Assembly: GCA_964574035.1 (NCBI GenBank)
Contig: CAZNLD010000001.1
Location: 16,220 to 80,219, forward strand
Source: Candidatus Undinarchaeota archaeon
Lineage (GTDB): Archaea > Undinarchaeota > Undinarchaeia > Undinarchaeales > JALTGF01
Direction: 5' to 3'
Length of the DNA: 64,000 nucleotides
Part shown: positions 57,061 through 64,000 of the stretch, piece after piece
Layout of the letters: the number at the start of each line of letters is the position of its first letter
How positions within the stretch are numbered: the stretch's first letter is position 1
Notes under the pieces: generated by a model
Told to the model about the DNA's origin: nothing
The model's database searches: none
What the model saw: the letters and a program-made list of their open reading frames with translations, nothing else
Program-made: the position numbers and the translations under genes

Positions 57061-58147
57061 AGCACTCTGGAATAAATTTAATTTAAATGAAAAGGTCAGG
57101 AAGCACCTGACTGCAGTCCATGGAAAGGCTATTTCAATTGCAGAGAAGCTGAAAAGAGATGGAATTCAAGTTAATATTGATTTAGTTGAAAAGGGCTCCC
57201 TACTCCACGATATTGGAAGAAGTAAAGAGCATACAATTAATCACGGAATAATTGGATATAAACTTCTAAAAGAAGAAGGTTTTTCTGAAGAAATTTGTAA
57301 AATTGCAAAAAATCATGTCGGAGCAGGAATTGATAAAGAAGAGGCAGTTAAATTGGGACTGCCTGCTGAAGACTTTATTCCGGAAAACCTTGAAGAAAAA
57401 ATTGTCAGCTATGCAGACAACCTTGCTGCAGGCGATAAAATAAGAACCTTTGAAGAAACTCTTAACATTTGGGAGGAGAAATTCGGACCAGATTCAAAAC
57501 AAGTTGAGCTTTTCAAACTGGAACATTCCGAACTTATGGAATATATTACAGCAGAAGAAATGGAGAAACTTGATAAAAATGCTGTTAAAAAAGGTATCTC
57601 TGTTTCAGAATTAATGGAGAATGCCGGAAGAGAAACAGCGGGATTAGTTGAAGAGAACTTTGAAATGGTCGGAAGAAAAATATACATTTTTGCAGGAGCC
57701 GGGAACAACGGCGGGGATGGGCTGGCTGCAGCATATTATCTTAAAAAAGGGGGATTTGATGTTCAGGTTCTTTTATTTGGAAAACCAAAAGGAAAAGAAA
57801 GTATGGAAAAACTCAACAAATCTTCAAAGGCAGGAGTTCCTATCTCAAAAGTAGAAAATCCAGAAGAATTTTCAGGAATTTCAGGAGATATAGCAGTTGA
57901 TGCTCTCTTGGGAACTGGTATTGAGGGGAAAATAAAGGAACCAATTGCTTCCGGGATTAAAAAAATAAATGAATTTAAAAATGTTGCATCAATTGACATT
58001 CCAAGCGGAATTCATCCGGATACGGGAAAGGAATCGAATTCTTCAGTTAAACCCAATTTAGTTATTACATTTCATAAATTTAAGAAGGGCTTGGTTGGAA
58101 AATATGAGCTGGGCCTTGTAAATGTGGCCGACATTGGGATAAAATAA
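57044..58147 (+). CDS. Fusion of an HD(IG) phosphohydrolase and NAD(P)HX epimerase (NnrE/YjeF_N)
   Basis: N-terminal H...LLHDIGR...HG...HVGAG...EEKIVSYADN; C-terminal LMENAG, GAGNNGGDG, VDALLGTG and SIDIPSG. Confidence 0.88.
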   Translation: MKEEIEALWNKFNLNEKVRKHLTAVHGKAISIAEKLKRDGIQVNIDLVEKGSLLHDIGRSKEHTINHGIIGYKLLKEEGFSEEICKIAKNHVGAGIDKEEAVKLGLPAEDFIPENLEEKIVSYADNLAAGDKIRTFEETLNIWEEKFGPDSKQVELFKLEHSELMEYITAEEMEKLDKNAVKKGISVSELMENAGRETAGLVEENFEMVGRKIYIFAGAGNNGGDGLAAAYYLKKGGFDVQVLLFGKPKGKESMEKLNKSSKAGVPISKVENPEEFSGISGDIAVDALLGTGIEGKIKEPIASGIKKINEFKNVASIDIPSGIHPDTGKESNSSVKPNLVITFHKFKKGLVGKYELGLVNVADIGIK

Positions 58148-58849
58148 TTATTTGGCTTTTTCTTCTTTTTCTTTTGGAATGACAAACAGCTCTTCAAAAA
58201 ATTTTTTCTGTTCTAAATCAATTTTTCTGTTGTTTGCTAAATGGAGTAAAGGAAGCAAGGTGTCAATTACTTCTCCTCTGCTTCTGTTTTTTATCAGTTT
58301 TGAAAAAGCAATTTTATCTAAGTGGGATTTAAGAATTTTAGCATAAATTTCATCTATTTTTTTAGAAATATCAATTTCCTCCAGTTTTAACTCAAATTCT
58401 TCCGGTTCATACTCCGGCGGCTTTTCTTCTTTCTTTTCTAACGCCTTCTGCAAGTTTGTAACTAAATCGCCGAGAGTTACCTTTCTTACCGGCTTTCTTT
58501 TTACCCTTAAATCGAGCATTGAAGGCTCTTCACCTTCTTCATATTCTTCTTCAAGTTCTTCGTCATAGAAGAGTTCTTCAAACATTTCAGTATCTTCTTC
58601 AGTCATTACTAATTCATCAGACTGCATCTTTAAAAGAATAGCTGCTGCAAGAATTAATCTGGCAGGGATTCTTAAGTCCAGAGACTTCATTTTTTTTATT
58701 CTTTTTGTATAATTCTCAGTAAGTTTAGTTATATCAATGTCCCAGGGGTCCAATTCTTCGGATTCTACAATGTCAAGGAGAATATATTCCCATGCTCTTT
58801 CCGACTGCAAAACCTGTTCTATATTAACTTTCATTTTCTTTTTCTCCAA
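58148..58849 (-). CDS. scpA: Segregation and condensation protein A (kleisin)
   Basis: LDPWDIDI, AAILLKMQS and LLPLLHLA...LEQ..FF motifs; adjacent to smc. Confidence 0.94.
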   Translation of the reverse strand: MEKKKMKVNIEQVLQSERAWEYILLDIVESEELDPWDIDITKLTENYTKRIKKMKSLDLRIPARLILAAAILLKMQSDELVMTEEDTEMFEELFYDEELEEEYEEGEEPSMLDLRVKRKPVRKVTLGDLVTNLQKALEKKEEKPPEYEPEEFELKLEEIDISKKIDEIYAKILKSHLDKIAFSKLIKNRSRGEVIDTLLPLLHLANNRKIDLEQKKFFEELFVIPKEKEEKAK

Positions 58850-61322
58850 CTACTGATTCAAAATCGGATAAATTCATGCCCACTACTTTTGACACCCCGC
58901 CGGGCCCCATTGACACTCCAAAGAGTGAATCAGCCTCCTTTACAACAGTATGATTATGACTTATTACTAACAACTGAGCTTCTTCTACACTTTCTTTTAA
59001 AAGTTCAACAAATCTCATTGAATTTTTCTGGTCTAATGCTGCATCTACTTCATCCAGCAGATAGAAAGGAGCCGGTTTAAATCTCTGCAAAGCAAATAGG
59101 AATGCAAGAGCAGTAATTACTTTTTCTCCTCCGCTTAATGCCTCCATACTTGAAACATTTTTTCCCCTGGGGCTTGCATTTATGAAAAGGCCTCCTGAAA
59201 GAGGATCTTCCTCGTCTTCAAGTACCAGCTCAGCGCTTCCATTTGGTGAAAGTCTAGGAAACAATTCAGAGAAATACTCTGAAACTGGATTAAAGACTGA
59301 ATAGAAAACATCTTTCTTTTTATTTTCAATTTCTTCAATAAATTCAATAACTGAATTTCTTTCTTCTTTAAGCTTGTCAAATTTTTCTTTGAATTCCGAA
59401 TATTCTTTCATTTCTTCCTCGTATAAATCAATAGCTTTCATGTTTACTGGCTCTAGAGAATGCAGTTTCTGTTTAACATTTTCAAGGCTCTTTTCCATCT
59501 TGTCAATGTCGCCTTTTTTGAAATCTTTATCCTTGAGATTGTCAATATTTATTTTGATATCAACAATTCTGGAATCAACTTTTGCTTTTTCAATTCTTAT
59601 ATCTCCAACCTTTCTTTGAAGTTCGTCATGCTTTGATTTTACTTTTTCTTTTGATTCTCTGAGTTTCTTGATCTCTTCCTGAATGTTATCCCTTTTCCCT
59701 TCTAAGCTTTCAAAATCAGCTCCAAGTTTCTGAGCTCTTTTCTTTTCTTCCCCCAGTTTTCTTTTGAGGTCTTCAATTTCAAGGTTCAACTCTTCAATTT
59801 CATCAAGAAGTTTGTCTCTTCTTTTAACCTGCTCATTAATTTCGCTCTTTTTGCTTGATTTTCTTTTTGTGTATCCTCCACGCATAGCTCCGCTTTTCTC
59901 TGCAATATCTCCATCTTTTGAAACCATTCGGAATTTTCCGATTAAACTTTTTACCTTTTTCAAATCTTCAACAATGTAAGTGTTTCCAAAAACATAGGAA
60001 AAAGCAGTTTCATACTTTTTGTCGTAGTCAACCAAACTGATTGCAAGACCGATAACTCCTTTTCCTCTCATTGGCTTCCTTTTTGGACCTTTAATTTTAT
60101 TCAACGGCAGAAAAGTTGCCCTTCCAAGTTTATTGCTTCTTAAAAATTTAATACATTTCAAAGCAGTGTCATCGTTGTCGACTACGATATATCTTTTTCT
60201 GGCTCCAAGAGCGGCATCAATTGCAGTTGAATACTTTGGATCTACTCTTACAAGCTCCCCGATTGAACCGTAAACTCCTTCAATATTATCTTTAAGTTTG
60301 CTTGATTTCTTCATGCCTTTTTCTCCAATCATATCCTGCATCTTGCTTATCATGGAGTCCAGGCTACTTATTTCAGATCTTTTTGACTCAATCTTGCTTT
60401 CATTAATAGAAATTCTGCCCTGAAGTCTTTCAACCTCATTTTTTGAAGCAAGCTGATCTCTTCCGCCTTCTTTAATTAATTTATCGTCAAGCTTGCTGAG
60501 CTCATTTTCCTTCTGTTCTACTTTCTTTTCTATTTCTTCAAGCTCTTTCTTTACATCTTTGCTCTTGTTTTCTTTTTTCTGGAGCCTTTCCTCAATTTCT
60601 TCCTGTTTTTCTTGTATGTCTTTATATTTTGTATATTCAAGATTTGCAGAAAGCTTCTTTTTCTTCTCTTCAAGTTCCTTGTATTTTTCAGCGTCTTCTT
60701 TTTCTGACTCAAGCACTTCAACACGCTTTTTTCTTTCGGACATTACAATTACGAGCTCTTTAATTCTGTCTTCAACAACTTTCAGGTCTTTCTCCCCCTT
60801 CGCTTTCTTGTCATCATATTCAGAAATACCGCTCATGTCGTCAATAATTTTTCTTCTTTCAATAGGGTCCATTTTTATGAAAGAAGTAATCTCTTCCTGA
60901 GGAACAATATTATGCCCGGTTGCAGTCAGCTGAGCGCTTTTTAAAAATTCAAGAAGTCTTGAAAGAGTACATCTTTCACCGTTCAGCTTGTATGTCATGG
61001 TTCCATTTCGAGTAAGCCTCCTGGTTATAGTAACTTCATCGGTATCAAAAGGATATTTTCTTTTTTTGTTGTCTAAAATAAGTGAAACTTCAAGATGTTT
61101 TGCCGGAGGCTTTCCATTTCCACCGTTATAAATTAAATGAGTAAGCACTTTTGCCCTCATTGTCTGGGCTGACGTCCGCCCTAAAACAAAAGAAATTGCA
61201 TCGCAGATATTTGATTTTCCGGAGCCGTTCGGCCCTACAATAGCCGTAAATCCTTCAGAAAGCGGAATAGAAACTTTCTTTCTAAATGACTTAAATCCTT
61301 CCATTTCAAGTCGTTTTATCAT
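58824..61322 (-). CDS. smc: SMC chromosome segregation ATPase with short coiled-coil arms, 832 aa
   Basis: GFKSF, GPNGSGKSN, hinge GVYG...GRATFLPL...GAMRGG, LSGGEK and LDEVDAALD motifs. Confidence 0.95.
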   Translation of the reverse strand: MIKRLEMEGFKSFRKKVSIPLSEGFTAIVGPNGSGKSNICDAISFVLGRTSAQTMRAKVLTHLIYNGGNGKPPAKHLEVSLILDNKKRKYPFDTDEVTITRRLTRNGTMTYKLNGERCTLSRLLEFLKSAQLTATGHNIVPQEEITSFIKMDPIERRKIIDDMSGISEYDDKKAKGEKDLKVVEDRIKELVIVMSERKKRVEVLESEKEDAEKYKELEEKKKKLSANLEYTKYKDIQEKQEEIEERLQKKENKSKDVKKELEEIEKKVEQKENELSKLDDKLIKEGGRDQLASKNEVERLQGRISINESKIESKRSEISSLDSMISKMQDMIGEKGMKKSSKLKDNIEGVYGSIGELVRVDPKYSTAIDAALGARKRYIVVDNDDTALKCIKFLRSNKLGRATFLPLNKIKGPKRKPMRGKGVIGLAISLVDYDKKYETAFSYVFGNTYIVEDLKKVKSLIGKFRMVSKDGDIAEKSGAMRGGYTKRKSSKKSEINEQVKRRDKLLDEIEELNLEIEDLKRKLGEEKKRAQKLGADFESLEGKRDNIQEEIKKLRESKEKVKSKHDELQRKVGDIRIEKAKVDSRIVDIKINIDNLKDKDFKKGDIDKMEKSLENVKQKLHSLEPVNMKAIDLYEEEMKEYSEFKEKFDKLKEERNSVIEFIEEIENKKKDVFYSVFNPVSEYFSELFPRLSPNGSAELVLEDEEDPLSGGLFINASPRGKNVSSMEALSGGEKVITALAFLFALQRFKPAPFYLLDEVDAALDQKNSMRFVELLKESVEEAQLLVISHNHTVVKEADSLFGVSMGPGGVSKVVGMNLSDFESVVGEKENES

Positions 61323-61384
61323 GGAATGACCCCTTTAACAGAATACGTATTATGATGGAGCCCCTTATTTAACTTTTTAGAAAA

Positions 61385-62578
61385 CTACTTGCCTAAGAGA
61401 GTCTTAACATGTCTTAAAAGGGATGGTTTTTTGGTGAGTATTTTTACAAGAGAGGAATATTTTTTGCCCATTGCAAGTTCAATTATTTTTTCGCCTTTCA
61501 GTTCTTTTGCTAAGAAATCAAGCTCTTTATCGCTTAAACTTTCAATGACTTTCCTTAAATTTACAAGCTTTTTCAATTTCTTTCCACCCTCTTCGAACCA
61601 TTCTTCTGAATAAGTTTTCAGGAAATCATTTGTAAAGTTTTCTGTTTTGACTGCTTCTGCGCCCTTTTTTCCCGCAATCTTTCCGGCGAGCATTGCTTCG
61701 CCTATTCCTCCGCCGTGAATTGCATTTACCTGATGAGCTGCGTCTCCTACAATCATAAAATTGTCCAGAGTTATTTCTTCCAGCGGACTGCCTACCGGAA
61801 CTGCCCCGCCGTTTACTTCAAGAACCGAGCCTTTTTTAAGACCCGACTTGCTTTTTACAAAATCTTTTAGATACTCCATTGCACACTTATCTTCTGTATC
61901 TCTAATTCCAATACCGACATTTGCCGTTTTCTCTCCTTTTGGGAAAACCCAAATGTATCCTCCTGGTGCAATTTCATTTCCCATGTAAAATTCAAGCATT
62001 CCTGAATCTTTGAAATCTATATTTGCCATTTCAAACTGATAACCGGAGCATGTTTCTTTTGGAAGATGCTGGGATTTGATTCCGGCCCACCTTGCAACCA
62101 TACTTTCAACTCCGTCCGCTGCAACCACAATATTTGATTTAATATCAAGAGCGTTGTTTTCCTGGTCAATTACTTTGACGCCTGTAATTTTTCCATTTTC
62201 TTTAATTAGGTCAATAACTGAACAACCTGCTCTGACTTCTGCTCCTGCTTCAGCTGCTTTTCTTGCAAGTATTTTATCGAACATTTTTCTTTCAATTGCA
62301 TAGCCCATTTTTTCAGGATACCTTGCTTCAACTTCCGTTCCTGACGGACTGTATACATAAGCACCGTTAATTTTGTTTAATGCCCAGCTTGGATCTGGTT
62401 TGATTTCACCTTTGTTCATTGCACTGACACTCAAACCTTCTCCGCACCTTTTTGGAGCTCCAATTTCTGGTCTTTTTTCTAAAACTAGAACATCGGCTCC
62501 GTTTTTTGCGGCAAACCTTCCGGTAGTAGAACCACCAGGCCCTGCTCCAACAACAATTATATCATATTCAGACTTCAT
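61385..62578 (-). CDS. Digeranylgeranylglycerophospholipid (geranylgeranyl) reductase
   Basis: VVGAGPGG, PKRCGEG, PGGYIWVFP, VGDAA and GGGI motifs. Confidence 0.93.
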   Translation of the reverse strand: MKSEYDIIVVGAGPGGSTTGRFAAKNGADVLVLEKRPEIGAPKRCGEGLSVSAMNKGEIKPDPSWALNKINGAYVYSPSGTEVEARYPEKMGYAIERKMFDKILARKAAEAGAEVRAGCSVIDLIKENGKITGVKVIDQENNALDIKSNIVVAADGVESMVARWAGIKSQHLPKETCSGYQFEMANIDFKDSGMLEFYMGNEIAPGGYIWVFPKGEKTANVGIGIRDTEDKCAMEYLKDFVKSKSGLKKGSVLEVNGGAVPVGSPLEEITLDNFMIVGDAAHQVNAIHGGGIGEAMLAGKIAGKKGAEAVKTENFTNDFLKTYSEEWFEEGGKKLKKLVNLRKVIESLSDKELDFLAKELKGEKIIELAMGKKYSSLVKILTKKPSLLRHVKTLLGK

Positions 62579-62769
62579 TTTTCTTTCTTTTCTTTATTTT
62601 TTAGATAAGGCGCCCTGACCGGACAAAATTTTACGCACTGACCGCACTCAATACACTTTTCTTTATCTACAAATATCTGACCGCCTTCGTATTTTAATGC
62701 ACCTACAGGGCAGATTCCAACACAGCCCGTGCATTTTATACATTTATTATGATCTATTTTTACAGCCAT
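62575..62769 (-). CDS. 2x[4Fe-4S] ferredoxin
   Basis: Two CxxCxxCxxxCP motifs; ATGA-coupled to the reductase. Confidence 0.93.
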   Translation of the reverse strand: MAVKIDHNKCIKCTGCVGICPVGALKYEGGQIFVDKEKCIECGQCVKFCPVRAPYLKNKEKKEK

Positions 62770-62820
62770 CTCTTTCCTTTTGATAAATTTAAAGAGTTTT
62801 AAATGTTTCTATGAGAAAAA

Positions 62821-63999
62821 TCATGGATGAAGTCTTTTCAAATCTCTCGGAAACAGAACTGCTTCCCTTATGTTTTCGACTCCTGCAATTGCCATTGTTA
62901 ACCGGTCAAGACCGATAGCCCAGCCGGCATGCGGTGGCATTCCTAATTTATAGAATTCAGCTGTATCTTTGAAATTGTCAGGGTTTAAACCTTTTTTCTT
63001 GACCATTTTCATATATAATTCAGGGTCATGGATTCTCCTTCCGCCGGATGCAATTTCTACTCCTTCATGTATTAAATCAAAACCATAACTTAATTTATCA
63101 TCCTTTGGATGAATGTAGTATGCTTTTAAATCCATGGGCCATTCATAAACAATGGTAGGTTTCCCATACATTTTAGTTATTTTTTCTTCTCCTTCCGGAG
63201 GAATATCATCTCCAAACTTTAAATCAAGTTTATCAATTACCTCTGAATAACTAACTTTTTTAAAAGGTGTTTTTAATTTGTCAAGTTTTCTTCCTAATGT
63301 TTTCAGTTCTGAACTGCAGTCCTTTCTTACTTTTTTATAAATATGCTCCAACGTTCCTTCTAAAATACTCCAAGTATCTTTCTCGTCTGAAAAACCCATT
63401 TCAATGTCCATCTGAACAATTTCAGCCAGGTGCTGTCTTGTATCAGACGGTTCTGCTCTGAAAACGGGCCCGATTTCGTATACTTTCTCAAAACAACTGG
63501 TCATTAGTTCCTTGTAAATCTGAGGACTTTGTCTCAGATACGCTTTTTCTTCAAAATAATCTACTGAAAATAAATCTGCGCCCCCTTCTGTTGCTGCTGC
63601 AATGATTTTAGGAGTTTCTATTTCAATAAATCCCTCTTTTTCTAAATATTCTCTGGCAGAAGTCAATATTTTATCCCTGATTTTGAAAACTGCAACATTT
63701 TTGGGCTTTCTTAAATCCAGAACTCTGGCATTTAATCTAGTATCAAGGTCCGCCGGTGTTTTTTCATCAACATCTAATGGAAGAGGAGTTTTTGATTTAT
63801 TTAAAATTTTCAAATCAGAAACTAAAACTTCAACGCCTCTCTTTGATTTATCTGTTTTCTGAATTTTTCCCTTAACTGCAATAACATCTTCCCTGTTTAA
63901 GTTCTCAGCTTTTTTAACCAGCTTGTCGTCTTTTATAATTAACTGAGCATCCCCGCCTCTGTCTGCAAGAATGATAAATGCAAGTTTGCCATGAAGCCT
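62821..63999 (-). CDS. aspS: Aspartyl-tRNA synthetase, archaeal type (5'-truncated by the window edge)
   Basis: Frame is open to the window end (RLHGKLAFIILADRGG). Also RLNARVLDLR, QSPQIYK, FRAE, PPHAGWAIGLDR and LFPRD. Confidence 0.95.
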   Translation of the reverse strand, partial: RLHGKLAFIILADRGGDAQLIIKDDKLVKKAENLNREDVIAVKGKIQKTDKSKRGVEVLVSDLKILNKSKTPLPLDVDEKTPADLDTRLNARVLDLRKPKNVAVFKIRDKILTSAREYLEKEGFIEIETPKIIAAATEGGADLFSVDYFEEKAYLRQSPQIYKELMTSCFEKVYEIGPVFRAEPSDTRQHLAEIVQMDIEMGFSDEKDTWSILEGTLEHIYKKVRKDCSSELKTLGRKLDKLKTPFKKVSYSEVIDKLDLKFGDDIPPEGEEKITKMYGKPTIVYEWPMDLKAYYIHPKDDKLSYGFDLIHEGVEIASGGRRIHDPELYMKMVKKKGLNPDNFKDTAEFYKLGMPPHAGWAIGLDRLTMAIAGVENIREAVLFPRDLKRLHP

Positions 64000-64000
64000 G

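Noticed and set aside
63820..63870. Non-discriminating AspRS call
   Set aside because: The loop reads KSKRGVE (Lys rather than Pro), favouring the discriminating type, and the other diagnostic residue lies outside the window, so no claim is made.

Overview
A gene-dense, AT-rich archaeal chromosome segment with no rRNA, CRISPR array, transposase or integrase. Archaeal markers include TBP, TFB, Rpo6, MCM, topoisomerase VI, thermosome, fibrillarin/Nop5, aIF-1A/aIF-2beta, G1P dehydrogenase, GGGP synthase and BHB tRNA introns. The compact layout suggests a small-genome, possibly DPANN-like lineage, but that is inference only. Most of the window is housekeeping: translation and tRNA editing, replication, pyrimidine synthesis, SAM/adenine salvage, ether-lipid synthesis, and SMC-ScpA. 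There are four tRNA genes, two with canonical 37/38 introns. Highlights: (1) an arginine locus with argS, two tRNA-Arg, carbamate kinase, OTCase and an ArcE-type arginine synthetase homologue, plus ACT and Lrp regulators and an orphan CheD-like Cys-His hydrolase; (2) a dispersed family of intergenic elements made of 7-bp periodic arms, three sharing a CCAGCAGCTGCC core, mostly placed at gene or tRNA 3' ends; (3) a degenerate 31-bp tandem array; (4) a short-armed 832-aa SMC; (5) an HD-domain/NnrE fusion; (6) a membrane-anchored degenerate Mrr-like protein; (7) a pilin/adhesin cluster; and (8) a frameshifted wHTH gene. All product calls come from motif recognition by eye; no database search was run.
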